A stretch of DNA of 61,426 bases, counting the filler, from Dugesia japonica (taxonomy: Eukaryota): NCBI GenBank assembly GCA_001938525.1. It is 5 parts of 5 records of this genome, joined end to end, with 100 filler letters (N's around TTAATTAATTAA, not from the genome) between each part and the next. Parts side by side here need not be neighbours in the genome. Positions count along the whole stretch, not along the records: positions 1 to 17,393 come from MQRL01601192.1; 4 more parts are not named here. One strand, 5' to 3'. Under the pieces are notes generated by a model that saw only the letters and a program-made list of their open reading frames with translations, had not been told where the DNA came from and ran no database searches. Positions 1-13,536 of the stretch are shown here, piece after piece. Each line of letters starts with the position of its first letter. Position 1 is the first letter of the stretch. The position numbers and the translations under genes were made by a program.

Positions 1-248
1 ATATCGAGTATTAGTTTCTCTACTATTATAAATGTTACTTCCTTGCACATCCCTGAAAGTACAACTTCCACACGTATCTTTTTATTTGTCTCCAATGAGC
101 TGTTATTAGCGCAATGCAATCTTTCTTCCTTTTCCCTAACATCGTTTCTCTGTATAAGATGTATATATATATAAGATGTATTTATGGCGGACAAATGGAA
201 CATTAGATGAACACACTTAACGAAGCATCAAATATTTACTCAGACATA

Positions 249-1268
249 AACAGCTCGTTATATAAATAACCGAATTTTATTGATATACACTAAAATACAT
301 ATGTTAACCTGAAACGATTATAATTATTCAAAATAGGTTACATGGAATTTAATACAACATTTGGCACGACCAGGTAATGCATGCATAGGTTTTCCAAGTC
401 ATTTATAGGAATATTTTTGAGCACTTGTGTGACGTCTGCTTCATTAGCTGAAACATCATCATAAAATACACCTTTCATGGCCAATTTCAGTTTTGGGAAT
501 AGAAAATAGTCGCATGGTGATAGATAGTTTGGCCTTCTGGAACAAATTCCATATGGACAATGTCTTTTGAATCATAAAAAGTAATCAACGTTGTCTTAAT
601 TCGTGATTTTGAAAACGCAATGTTTTGGTTTTCAGGTCATTTACTGACTTCCATTCACTACTTTGACGCCTGGTTTGTGGATCATATTTGAAGCATCACG
701 TCTCATCACCAGTTATTATGGAATTAATATAATCTGGATTGTTTTCAGCAGTGTTGATGAGATCTTTACAATATCCAACACGAGCTGTTTTTTGTCTTTA
801 TTTAATGCATGTGGAACCAACCTGACACTAACCTTTCTTTCACCCAAATCTTTTGTTAAAATTGTCCAAATAGAAAAGACACTTGTATTTAAATCTTCTG
901 TCAATTTCCTCATTTAAATCGTCACGACCATTTTTAAATCGTGTAAACCACGAATAAACTTGTGTAAGAGACACACAGTCATTACCGTAAAACTTTTGCA
1001 GCAATTCAAACGTCTCAGTGAATTTCTTTCCGATTTTATAACAAAATTTAATATTTGCTCTTTTTTTCATAGTAATTCTATGACATAAGTATCATATTTA
1101 CTTTTATTTAAATGCAAGTTGAATTTATACCTGTTATCAGTAGAAAATGATTTTAGATGATTTTGAAAGACGAAAGATGTACATTTAAATTAAAGATTAG
1201 TTTAAACAAATGAAACTTGTAATATATGATTTAAATCGAATGTTCGGTTATTTATATAACAAACTGTG
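249..1268 (-). mobile_element. Mariner-type DNA transposon, internally deleted and inactive
   Basis: TIRs of ~26 bp (249-274 and 1243-1268, 3 mismatches) with TA on both sides. Minus-strand transposase pieces: RANIKFCYKIGKKFTETF..WFTRFKNGR (HTH), LVPHAL, ITGDET*CFKYDP, HMEFVPEGQT joined directly to SPCDYFLFPKLK (second catalytic D region deleted), ending YFE*. Confidence 0.93.
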
Positions 1269-2974
1269 TATGAAATACTTTTTTCCAAAATAATTATGCA
1301 TAGTATCCCAACATAATACTATGGCAATCGCCTAAATGTGACTAGTTTGCACAATAAATTTGGTATATATTATAAAGTTATCATAAAATCATAATATCTA
1401 ACATAAAATCTAACTAATAATACATTATAAAGACTTATATAAATAACTTAAATTGTTGAGGAAAGCAGACATTAAGATCAAACAAATACATAAATAACAA
1501 TCATGCAAGCATGCATCACAGAACACAAAAACACACAAGGAACAATAAACTCACATCCAACCTTCGATCAATCCAAGCAGGAAAACCCAACCGAATAAAT
1601 CAATTTTACCAATTTATAATTCACAATCAAATTTTGACTCATCTATGATTTACATTTGATTCTATGACTCTGATATTATCTCTGACTTTACTATTGTACA
1701 AATTTTTCCGATTTATTTTTGAATTATTGTAAAATGTTTATATATATATATATATATATAATTATAATTAATTATAATTAATGCTTCTGTACAAAACTTT
1801 ATTATTGAAAATTTTGGTAAATTATTAACCGTGGAATTATAAACAATCGGAATTAATTGATTTAATCGATAAACAATGGAATATTGAAAAAATTCTCGTA
1901 TGTATTTTATTATTATTATGAAATTTTATATTTTTATGGTAAATTTTCATGCGCACTTCATAAAAAATATGGAAATTTTTTATTTTTGCATGATCGTTTT
2001 AGCGAATATATTTTATATTTTAAATAAACATAAACACATGTGGTGGACAATCGCTAGTATAAATAGCGATATAATTCTCATTTCAATCAACCGATAAAAA
2101 ATCTTTAAAAAGGTCTTCTATAAAGACTTCTATAGTTACTGACCAAAAGATAAAAGTCATAATGCTTGTATCGTATTATTAAACTTGAATAAACTTGTTT
2201 AAAAAGTAATCTTTTATTTTAACAATTAAGGGCGACTATATAATATATTTATCAATATTGTTGTTTTTATATTAAACATATTTAAGAACTAGGCAAAACG
2301 TACAATATTTATTATACCTATCGGTTGGATTTCAATTTTCTTTTTCAAAATCAAATTAAACTCACGATATGGTTGATTTTCCTTCGTGAAATCCTAAAGA
2401 CATCTCAACAAAATAATACAGTAATTAAAAAACTTTAATTAAAATTCCTAAATTAAAAACCTTAATTAAATATTTATTACAATTCATTAATTAAAATTCA
2501 ATATTTAAAAAATAACGGTTATCATCACCAACAGAAACCGGGCCCGGAGCATTCATCATTTTCTTCATCATAGAATTAATTGTTGTCATATTATTTATTT
2601 TCTAAAAATCTAAATTATAAAATATCTAAAATTATTTATAAAATTTTTATTTATAGTTTAGAGTAAATTGTACCTATTGATTGTTTGTTTATAGTAAATT
2701 GCAAAAATAATTTGAAAGTAATTGCTTTTTATTTGTGTATCACATTTTCCTTTATTTTATCTATTTGTATTGTATTTGTCTCTTTTATCTGTGTTTATAT
2801 ATCATTAATAATTTTAAAATACCGCAACATAATATATTTACAAAATTATTAGTAACAGATGAAATATAATCAATAACCACTTTAAATAACAACAAATGAA
2901 AACAGGACAAATTTTTTAATATATTTATTTTCGTACATCACATCAATGTACATTTTCAACTACAATGTTAATAT

Positions 2975-3231
2975 TTCTACCAAAAAAAGCAATGTTGTCC
3001 ACAGGTTTTTGTAAATCATTCTTAATATAGAATTCTGTTGTAGACAATGGGGTTTGATATTCTCGATAGATGCGATATCAACATTGACGGATTATAACAT
3101 CTAAACGAATCGAATACCAATATCTTTGATGGTTTATTGTAAACAGATAACCATTGTTCTCCACCTATATTAGATGAATGAATATTGACAATTAAGGATT
3201 TATTTACTGGAATATATGGAAGCTTATCCAT
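2975..3231 (-). pseudogene. Polinton adenain-like cysteine protease, degenerate
   Basis: IVNIHSSNIGGEQWLSVY..VFDSF..IVYNRILY*E*FTKTCGQHCFF resembles the N.D...GxHW / YFDSFG / Q...CG..C pattern. Catalytic His is replaced and there are in-frame stops. Confidence 0.8.
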
Positions 3232-3359
3232 TGAACAGATCTAGTCATCCTGATCCAAGCCACTTTGATCTAATCCGATTATTTGAATAGAACTAATAAA
3301 ATAAAAAGCAATGATGCAATAACACTTACTTCATAACATATATCGAATATACAAGATAT

Positions 3360-4740
3360 TGTTTGAACTAATACTGTTCTGTTGGCATTAATTTGAATTT
3401 CTTATACAAATACTCGATAAATTATGACATGCTGGTGCAGTCAAAGCCTTTGCAAACTTAATATCTAATCTCAAATTTCTTTGTAGTGGTAATTAGTTCT
3501 AATGTATATCGAAATCCGGTGCAAACACAAATGTAAACAACAGGTATTTGGTCTTGAATTCCTCAAGTGTTATTTCACAATTCAAATTCTTTTCCAAATA
3601 TCCCATATTTCTAAAAAGCTATTGCATATATGTTTTGCTGTAATTATCATTTTCAAAATCTTGAGTATATACAGAGTGTGCGTGATAAATTGACAAAATT
3701 ATCGAAAAAAAAAAACAAATTACAACAAAAATCTTATATTTTAACTGAAATCAATTTTTATTTAAAATGTAGAGAAACACAGTCATAATCTTTTGAAATG
3801 TTCAAAGAAACCTCCATTTGCTGTAATTATCAATTGGGTACCACTTCGAAATCTAAAGCATGATTTCCATAGCCTTTCTTTATCCATGGACATCATAATG
3901 TTCTTAATTTTAATTTTTATATCTTCTTTATTAGAATGAGGTTGTTTATTAACTCTTCTCTCACAAATGCTATACACATAATAATCTAAATAATTTGCAT
4001 CTGGTAAACTATACGGCTAGATCAGCATTATACATTTTCTTAACGTTGTAGACTGTTTGTAAAGCGATATCATTAAGGTTTGTAATTTCTTTGAAGTTTG
4101 ACCTGCAAGCAGACCAGAGATAATGATTGGTCTTATATAAGATTAATTCGGCATAATGGCTTATTTTTTGAAAATGATTTTTTATATATAAAATAATAGA
4201 TCTTTAATTTTAATCAATAAGAAATATTTTTCAAATTTTATAAATAGCACTTGAAAAAAGAAGGCACAAAATCAATGCCAATTTATCATGCCTACTCTGT
4301 ATTTCTCGCTAATCAGTGTTTTTTTATAGTGGAAAGGAAGTAGCATTTAAAGGCTGAAATGATGAGCTAGATCCTTTATGATCAACATTCTTTATTTTGA
4401 AATGTTACCAACAGAAACCTAGGCAAACAGCAATTATTAAAGATTTGCTTCTTATACAATGATGAGCTACCTTTACTAATTGCAAACAGTTACCTTGGTT
4501 CGAATAAATAAAAATTTGCTTACTTAATCCTATTTGTTATCCTAAATATACTAAGATTTCAATATATACACGTCTAACTATTAACTTTGCATCCAACAAT
4601 GCTTACTTAGGCTAATTGTTAGCAGATTCCAACCATATTCTAGGGTTTGCTCTCTTCAATCGAATGTGTACGTATATACTTGGAATAAAAGAATTTTGTT
4701 GATTCATACAGTCTAGTTACAATGACTCATATAGATACAA
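3360..4740 (-). pseudogene. Polinton major capsid protein (F54H12.2-like hexon), C-terminal half, split by maT insertion
   Basis: Manual translation: LDCMNQQNSFIPSIYVHIRLKRA..LLDAKLIVRRVYI..LSKQ; FAISKGSSSLYKKQIFNNCCLPRFLLVTF; after the insertion DFENDNYSKTY..LFRNMG..ITLEEFKTKYLLFTFVFAPD..NLRLDIKFAKAL..IQINANRTV. Many stops. Confidence 0.82.
3672..4299 (-). mobile_element. Tc1/mariner superfamily (maT/DD37D-like) deleted element
   Basis: 24-bp imperfect TIRs CAGAGTGTGCGTGATAAATTGACA (3672-3695 and 4276-4299) with TA TSD. C-terminal transposase fragment PYSLPDANYLDYYVYSICE..CFRFRSG..ANGGFFE. Confidence 0.88.
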
Positions 4741-4815
4741 TGGTTTAGATAATTTAATAGATTTTTTCCTATATACAAAGGTAAAATTCATCATGACTTT
4801 TTCTATTGACTTTTT

Positions 4816-4911
4816 CTATTGAAGCTCAACAATGAAATTGCTACCATAATTATTAGGATGAACAAGCGGACTACTATCACTCGGTAAAAGTGTAAAGAAA
4901 TTATTTCTCAT
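4816..4911 (-). pseudogene. Polinton minor capsid (penton) N-terminal fragment
   Basis: MRNNFFTLLPSDSSPLVHPNNYGSNFIVELQ resembles the F..TLPS.SS...P.N....F...L start of Polinton penton genes, and sits directly downstream of the integrase. Confidence 0.7.
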
Positions 4912-4949
4912 TATTGACTATTTGAGATGCTGATATATAAGTAAGTTTT

Positions 4950-5625
4950 TCTTATTCATGCTACTTTACATAACATTATTTATTCTCTTTTGTTCCTTTT
5001 GATCTGTAAATTTTTTTGTATTTTAATTACGGTTGGCGGTACTATCACTTATAATTCTTGCTCATANAAATTTNCGACTACGATATTATCTTCACAATCT
5101 TTAATCATATACGTAAATTTATTGTTTTGTATTGCTTTGGATATTTGAAACACCTTTTCATTGCAATTACTATCGAAATTTTTAATGAATAGGGAAGGTG
5201 ATATCTTTAAGAATCTAACATGATCACCATCGTTATATTTCAGTTTCTTTATTGTTTTCGGCTGTTGCCGTCGCAATCATAACTTTATTTGCTTGTTTGA
5301 GCATACATAAACTGGTTTTGCTCCATTAAGAACTTTATGAGATGAATGACAATAGCTATAAATGATTTTAGCAACACATGTATCCAGGTTTTATTACTAA
5401 TATGCACAAAGTATTTCTCATTGTAAGATTAATTATTAAAATATTGATTCATTATGCCGTCTTGTACTGTGAAAATACAGTATAATAGTTTATTTTTGGA
5501 TGCCTAATAAGATATTTGACCTTGGCGTTGTCAAATTTCTTACCAAAATTTGCAAATTATATGGATGTCAGTCTTTGAACATTGACTTGATTGCAGCTTC
5601 CATATTATTAGGTATTTCTTAAAGA
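4950..5625 (-). pseudogene. Polinton retroviral-like integrase (F54H12.3-like), C-terminal part
   Basis: PYNLQ..FGKKFDNAKVK..INYYTVFSQYKTA; EKYFVHISNKTWIHVL; KYNDGDHVRFLK..FDSNCNEKVFQI..TYMIKD..YEQEL. Frameshifts and stops throughout. Confidence 0.85.
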
Positions 5626-6009
5626 GTAAATTTTTTAATGTTTTTATATATAAAATTGAAAATTATAAAATTAAAATTTTAAATGTAAATTTGTAATTTA
5701 AAATTTTTGAATTAATCGAAAGAATTTTAGATATAAATAAGTAATGTAAAACTTTTTATAAAAATTTATAATTTGAAATTGGATTTAATGTAAATGTAAA
5801 ATTTAATTAAAAATTTGGGAAATTATTTTTAAAATTTTAATTGTTTAATTTTTAAATAATTTAATGTTTTAAATAATTTAAATAATTTAATAAAATATAT
5901 TTTGTTAAGAATTTGTTTAAATAAATTATTTAAAACACAAATTGCATAAGGTAATTTTGGGAAGAAACGTTCAGAAAGCAAAAACAATTTTATAGAAGAA
6001 TTATTTGTG

Positions 6010-9000
6010 GTTTTCAATTCGACGATCTTCCCACAATCTACATGTATCTCCTTTGGAGCACCAAATCTTAGTATCCATTTATCCATAATCGTTTTCTNNN
6101 NNNNNNNNNNNNNNNNNNNNNNNNNNNNNNNNNNNNNNNNNNNNNNNNNNNNNNNNNNNNNNNNNNNNNNNNNNNNNNNNNNNNNNNNNNNNNNNNNNNN
6201 NNNNNNNNNNNNNNNNNNNNNNNNNNNNNNNNNNNNNNNNNNNNNNNNNNNNNNNNNNNNNNNNNNNNNNNNNNNNNNNNNNNNNNNNNNNNNNTTGTTC
6301 TTTTGGCACGCTGTACATTCTTTAATTACTTTTGACACAGTTTCTCTTAACTCTTCCATATCATATTCGTTTATCAAATAATTTCTGACTTTTCCCGTGA
6401 CTGCGTGCACCAATAATTTATGGATTTCTTTTACCATTTGAATTTTCTTTTGTTTTGAATGTTTTTGTTTTTATTATTTCTTCTATTAATTGAAACTTTT
6501 TACATGTTTCATTTTTCATATCATTCTTTATCTGTTCAGTTTTTTCTACGTTACTTTGTCGGGAAAATCCAATATCGGTGCTTTTGTTATTGCCTCTTTC
6601 ATATCATTAAAAGCTTTATCACAACTTTCCGACCACACAAGTTTTGTATTATTACTTCTACATAGCTCTTCCAAGTTTCTAGCATTCTTTGAGTAATTAT
6701 TAATAAATTGCTAAAGTAATTGCATATTCCCTAAAGGTTTCTCAAGTTCTTTACACATTTATGTCTTCCGAAATTTTTTATCGCTTCAATTTTCATTGGA
6801 TCAGTTCGAACTCCATTCTTGTTTATGATATGTCCTACAAATTTGACTTCTGCTCGNAATAAATGACATTTTTCCGGATTAATTCTAAATCCTGATTCTT
6901 AAATTTTTTTAAAAACTTGGTCTAAAATTCTAAAGTGCTGCTTTAGATTTTCTAAAAATATCAATGTATCATCCATGTATACGATTGTTCCTCTCAATTT
7001 TCCTAATTATTTTGATATTAATTCTTGAAACGTTCCAGTTGCTGCTGCTATACCAAAAGGCATTCTTGTGAAACAATACTGTTCATTTTTTCGTAGAAAA
7101 TGCTGTTTTCTCTGGTGAATCTTTATGTAACGGAACTTGATAATATGCAATACTCAAATCAATAGTACTAAAATATCTTGCACCACTCAAATTGTTTAGT
7201 AATTCCTCTACATTAGGCATCGGAAATGCCTGCCTTTCTGTGATTGTATTCAGTTTTCTAAAATCAAAACATAATCTAACGTCTTTCCTTTCTTTTTTCC
7301 AAACACATATTAACGGAGTGTTCGATTGCAAATTACACTTCCTAATAATGCCATTGTCAAATAAATTCTTAATAGCTTCATCGATTTTATTCTCTAAGTG
7401 GATTGGTTGTCTATGGTTTCGTATTTATTGGTTCTCCATTTGTGATTATTTGATGTTTTGCCATTGTTGTTCTGCCGATATCTCAGTTCTCTGCCATGAA
7501 TATTCATTTATGAATCATTATAACTTCCTCTAAAGTCTCATTTGGCNTGTTAATCAATATTTTTATTGCTCTCTGTACTCTCTCTTCATATGTTGTACTG
7601 CATCCATACTTTACTTCTATATTACAAGGATACATTTCATTATCCTCACATTTAGTCTCTCTCAGCTGTTAGAATCCAAACTGTTTCTATAATTCTATTC
7701 CTCCAATTAGATCTGGGTGTATCTTTTTCTCCAGTGTGTAACAAGCAATCAATTTTTACGCCATGTATTTCAACCGTTATACTTGGTATACCTTGCATCT
7801 TGTCATAACTTATTTCTTGTCGCTTTATCTCTTCTATCGTCAGAATTTAACAATCATCTTCTCCATTTATATCATTGATAATCTCCGGCTGGCTTCTATT
7901 CAATTATTTCTTTACGAACTAGTAAACGTTTTCTTTTACATCATTGTAATCATCTACTCGTTTNNNNNNNNNNNNNNNNNNNNNNNNNNNNNNNNNNNNN
8001 NNNNNNNNNNNNNNNNNNNNNNNNNNNNNNNNNNNNNNNNNNNNNNNNNNNNNNNNNNNNNNNNNNNNAGCTTGGCCATTTGGGTATTCATCTTGATAAT
8101 TATTTGACCCGTCATTACAATAGTGACCTTTATCTTCTCTACATGCACAATATTTCCCATTTTCCTCAATCAAATTAACGTGATTTCCATTCATCTTTAT
8201 ATAATTATTCGTAATATTTGAATAATATCTTTGTTTGTCATTTCCGAATTCTTTTCTGGTCTGTTCAATTTTATTTTGATAGCTAAACTGTCTGTTCATA
8301 TTTGTTCAACAGTCCTTTGCGTAATAACCTTTCTTGTTACATCTTGAGCAACAAAATTTGGTACAGTCTCTTCTAAAATGCTGTTCAGATCCACAATCAT
8401 AGCACTTTCTTTTTCTTTCTTGACAATTTCTGCTTACATGACCTATTTTGTTACAGGTCCAGCACTTGATTTCTCCTCTTTCCTTATTTCTGTTCTGTTG
8501 CATTTCTTCATTAAGATTCATTTTGAAATTTCTTTGTTCTGGGCTTCTGCGAACTACATTTATTCCTTCAGTTTTTACTTCTTCTTGTATGTCTTCCCAT
8601 TCTTTTATTGCTTTAAATACAACGTCTACTTTTTAAATTTTTCCTGATTTGATTTTATGTTTAATCTTTCTGTCGTTGCAACTATTCATTATTAGCTCTT
8701 TTGTTAAGTCCTCTTTGTTCTATTTATGAGCCATTAACTTTTCTACCAATCCTTCAATCTTCTTCTTATAAATATTTATGTGCACTCCATTCCTTCGATA
8801 ATTTAGAGCTTCCTCAAAGTCTTATATCATTGTTGATGGTCTAAAGAAAGCCTTTCTGAATCTTTCTTCAAATTCCAGTGATTCGTCTTCATTTTCATAG
8901 ATTTTACGCAGTTCTTTATCTATGAAAGAAACTATAATCAAACTCCTTTGGCCTTTATTTCGGTTATATCAAAATATTTCGTTGTCTTCAAAATAAATTT

Positions 9001-9170
9001 TTCGACATCATCGCCTGATTTGAAAATTTCAGGGCTCGTGGCTTCTTTTAGTAAATCCAATGATGCGTTGGTCACCATATTAATTAAATTTAAAGTCTCA
9101 CAAGTCTCCATAAATTGTTTATTGATTATTACAAGTCTTTTATTAAAATTAAAACTATAAAATAACAATT
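6010..9170 (-). mobile_element. Ty3/Gypsy LTR retrotransposon internal region, decayed
   Basis: Gag start (PEIFKSGDDVEKFI); three CCHC-type knuckles at 8306-8521; RT motifs RLCFDFRKLN, FSTIDL, KTAF, MPFG, YMDD (~6970), KFVGH; integrase HHCC and FGAPKEIHVD. RNase H appears deleted. No LTR pair seen. Confidence 0.93.
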
Positions 9171-10978
9171 CACAAATTTCAAATAAATAATCTGAAAAAT
9201 CTTAAAATACTTTTCAAAAATGTTGATTTTTTCAATTCCAAAATACTTTTATATTTAACTATTTTTAAACCTAATTTTACCAAATAATTTTTATAATTTT
9301 ATAATTTAACATAATATAAATATTGACTTTAATTTTTTTTATTAACTCTAATATAATATAAAGACTTTATTCAATTAATTTGTATTTTTAAAAAACCAGT
9401 TTTATTATTATAAATAAAAATTAAAAAATCTCAGATATTTGAAATTCATGAATCGATACTCACAGTCACATTGCAATATTTCGATATCTTTGTAAATACA
9501 CTGTTAAAATTCTTTCCTTGTTTACCTCGTGATACAGGTCATCTATAATGATTACATCTGCTTGTTTCAATTTCTTGCTCCAGTTTTATCAAATCCATTT
9601 ATAATTATCAATTTTATATTACAAAATTCTGATTGTGTTAATATATGCTTCTTATTTGCCCTTCTGTACCAATATGTCTTGTTAAATTTTGATTGAAATA
9701 AATCTGATTTTAAATATTTATATACAAGCAAAGTTTACCCCTATCACTTGCGTCAACATTTCGATAAACAACATCATTTATTAATTTCTTCATTTTATAT
9801 GATAACATTTGACACGTTGTTTTCAGTAATTGCGTGTGCAGGTGTGTTCTCTTACATAAATATTTCAATAGCAATACATAGAGGTCAGTACAAACTACTT
9901 AAAAGTCATTAGTGTGAGGCATAAATACCTCAGAATTATCTAAATTCATATTAAGAATTATTGTAAATTTACAGAATTATTTATAATATTTATTACACAA
10001 CAATTATTAAATAATTTACAAAAAATTTTTTACTACAGATTTTACAATTTATAACTTTTCAAATTACAATTTACCAAATACAAATTGTTTAATAAAAATC
10101 ACAAATTAGTAAACAAATTTTACAATTTCTAAATTTACCAATTACAATTTATTAAATAGATATTGCTTAAAAAATTACATCTTACAATAAATAAAAATAA
10201 CTTAAAAGCAATTGATGAAAATCGTCATTACTGAATAAAAATAAATGTTGGTAATTTAAATTTCCTTCTTTCTAAATTTTGCCACTTAAATAAATCTAAC
10301 AATTAACACATTTCAACATTTTCTTAATTATTAATTTTCGTCACAATTAAAATTTTCAAAAATTACAAAAAATTGTATATAATCCACCAAGGTTTTCAAA
10401 TCCCCTCGAAAAAATAAGGAAAATAATTCAAAAATTACATAAAACTATTTAAAAGTATATAAAAGTAAATACAAATTACATTGAAATCAATAAACATTAC
10501 ATAGAAGTCAATGCAAATTTACAATTATACCAAAGTAATTGTGTGTGGTAGATATTTTTTCCATATTTCATTTGCAATGTGCAGCATAAATGCATGTCAA
10601 ATTTTTCATAAACATTTTAAAATTAATTTAATGTTTACAATTTTTAAGTAGCTAATTTACTTATTTTTTATTTCAGTTTAAAAGTTTACTTGGCTAATAT
10701 ATCGCAAAGTATTCGTCAAATTAATTTTAAAATGATAGTTATTTTCCGATTTTAATGATCTCAAGTTTGATACAGTTTGATTTAAAACAGATATAAAAAG
10801 TCCATTCTTTAAAGATTTTTAAAAAGTTCTTTGTTTTATGATTTTTTTGTAAAGCCTGAATTTTTCAATAGATAGATTTTTCTTTAAACAATGTTTAACG
10901 ATTGACTGAACCCACTGAATTATACGATCAAAGTCTAATCCGAAAAAGTTTCTGTATATGTCGACAATACAGTTTGTT

Positions 10979-11205
10979 AGAGGGAGGAGTGGTGTAAAGC
11001 GCTACTATCTATCTACTAGCTTATGAATACATTTCGAAGTAATGAGAATTAATAGCAACTTGAAATAGCAGCTTCTACACTTCAGAAATAATTCAATAGT
11101 AAATCAGAATATACAGGTACTGCTAGTTAGTCTCCAGAAGTTAAAAAGTAGCTGGTAAAATAGTGTATTTTTTATGAAAATAAGGTCCCTCAGTATAGTA
11201 TTACT
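10979..11205 (+). mobile_element. Possible polypurine tract plus 3' LTR remnant
   Basis: AGAGGGAGGAGTGG immediately followed by TGTAAAG, the usual PPT/LTR junction. No partner LTR found and the end is approximate. Confidence 0.35.
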
Positions 11206-12489
11206 TTAGATTAAATAAAATTTTTGATAAAAATAAAGATAAAAAATCAACGTAATTATCCTCATAAGTTTGATTTTTTTTAACTTCAAAAAAATTAGTT
11301 TCTCAAATTAATACCAAAAATTAATCATCTTATAAATTTTGCGCTTTAATTTATTTCAATAAAACACTTCTTTTAAACTTAATATTATCCTCTTAAAATA
11401 ATATCTTTTGAAGTATGTAGATTGTGATTATCTTTCTAATGCCTTCTTTACAACATAAATTTACTTTAAATTGTTGTATTGAACTTTTTTTGATACTATA
11501 ATTTTCAACGCATAATTTTTAAAGCAATTAATAACAAACAAAATTTTCAGAATATTTTAATTATTCTAAAAATAACACCACCTATTTTATAGTTAGTTAT
11601 GTTTTCAAGATTTACTCATGCATTTCAATCATTTAGTTAATTTCATAGCAAAATGACATAGTTTGGCGTATTACAATTAACAGTTCAAATAGATTTGATA
11701 ATTCGGACAAATGACTACTTAAGACCCTAACCGATTATGTTCAATAACATTTTGTTCAGTATTAATAAATTATGAACTCACTTTTAACCAAATGAATGTT
11801 ATCAGATTAAGATGTATGCTTACAAAGCAAGTATATGATTGAATACAATCAATCTGTATTAGTATATCATTATTTAAAAGCAACTAATAAAAAATAAGAC
11901 ATTGAATCAATAAATTTATTACAATGGTGACGAAGAAATCACCTAATCCGGTTCATAAACCATTTCAATTCATAATTAAATTATATTTTAGGAAAAACCA
12001 TTTTTCGAGATCTAATCAATGTAAAAATTGATTAACATATTATGATATCAAACCAAATTCGTAAAGTCTACTACAAATTAAATTATTTTAATCGATTTAA
12101 ACAATAAAAAATGGTTGCCTTAGAAAATGTCAAATGATAATGAAACCAATGAAATAAGTAAAATTAAATAATAACAATTTTCTTGTAATAGGTGAAAATA
12201 TTAATACGAAGCGGTAGGAAAAATTTTCTTAGTATATAATAAAGTAAAACTAAAGATTTGAATTGTAGTCATTTATTTCAATGGCTGAAATTAATAAATA
12301 AATACTTCAAGTTGAATTTTTTTTATAAAAATTAAAAATAAAGCAAAACATCACTTCGATTCAGTAACTTAATCAAGTGTTGAGTAAAATTACAGACTAA
12401 TGGACTATATTTAATTAAAATAGAAATGTAATAGCGATAGTTTAATGCTACGTAAAGTACATGAAACATGATTTAAAAATATACAGAAA

Positions 12490-13473
12490 TTATCCAATGA
12501 CTGATTCCTTGGCTGAAACAGAATTGTTTAAATTTATTTCCTCGGATTTGTTCAAAGTGTCACAATTCATTTGTGGGGGATTATTTGCGTGATTTTCGCC
12601 AACAACTGGTTTAGAATAATTAATTTCGCCTTCTGGTGATTTTTCATGCTTAATTTCATTTTTAATTACATCCTTTTTAATTTCATCTTCAGCATCACCA
12701 ATTTCCTCAGCTTCTTCATCATATTCCTCATCATCTTCCAAGTCTTCATCTTCATTTACGGGGGCATCAGTAGAAACAGCGGTAGGGTCTTCAGTACTGG
12801 AACTTCCAGCTACTAATGCGCTCCCATTAGAATCAGCCCGGGGTCTTTTAACTGGAGGAACATATTGTCCAGCTCTGAATTGCGACATTTGCTAAAATTG
12901 AGAAGCGTTATTATCTATTAAATACTTAAACATTAATACTTCTTCATATCTTTGTTTATCAGCTTCTGATTTCTTTTCATATTTTTCTTTATCTGTGCAA
13001 GATTCCCATAATCTTCCTAATTCCTTCGCAATATTTCCAACTCTCCAATCAGGATGAGCTTCTCTAACTTTTGGTCGATATTCGTCACAAAAAAAGAAAA
13101 ACGCTGACCATGCTCTTTTAGGCTGTCCAGGTTCTTTTATGCGCCTTCGCTTTCTTCTCCGGCGTCCACTTTCACCGGTTGGTTGATAAGTATTCATCTC
13201 TCTATTAAACCTATCTTTGTCACTTGCGGCCATTTCTTCAAATCTTTTCTTCTCCTTTGGAGTCATTAACTAAATATAATACGCAATTACGAAAGTTTTA
13301 AAATAACACTATATAACCTTCCATTTCTCCGCACATTTTTTGGAAAATTCACTGAATACTACTTGTTCGCCTGGATGCTTTCGTTTATGTTCTTCTCGGA
13401 TAACTTGAACAAAATATGCATAAGCTGACATGGCTCCCTTCGGTCTTGGTTTTTCTTTATCTTGAACAGACAT
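12490..13473 (-). CDS. HMGB: High mobility group B protein (two HMG boxes plus acidic tract), 295 aa; exons 13473-13318, 13269-12940, 12891-12490
   Basis: Box [38 protein letters not shown]; box [30 protein letters not shown]; acidic run [17 protein letters not shown]. Two GT-AG phase-0 introns of 48 nt each; frame intact. Confidence 0.96.
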
Positions 13474-13517
13474 TAAAATCAATTAATTTTAATTGTTTAA
13501 ATCGAATATTTCAATAG

Positions 13518-13536
13518 CAATGGCGGCTGACCAATC
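13518..13536. promoter_or_regulatory. Candidate HMGB proximal promoter (YY1-like ATGGCGGC plus CCAAT box)
   Basis: CAATGGCGGCTGACCAATC lies 45-63 nt upstream of the HMGB ATG in otherwise very AT-rich DNA. Motif match only. Confidence 0.35.

Larger units (their letters stand above)
2975..5625 (-). mobile_element. Polinton/Maverick (adintovirus-like) remnant A: integrase, minor capsid, major capsid, adenain protease
   Basis: Four co-oriented decayed genes with Polinton-type motifs (listed separately), interrupted by a maT element. Termini not found. Confidence 0.88.
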
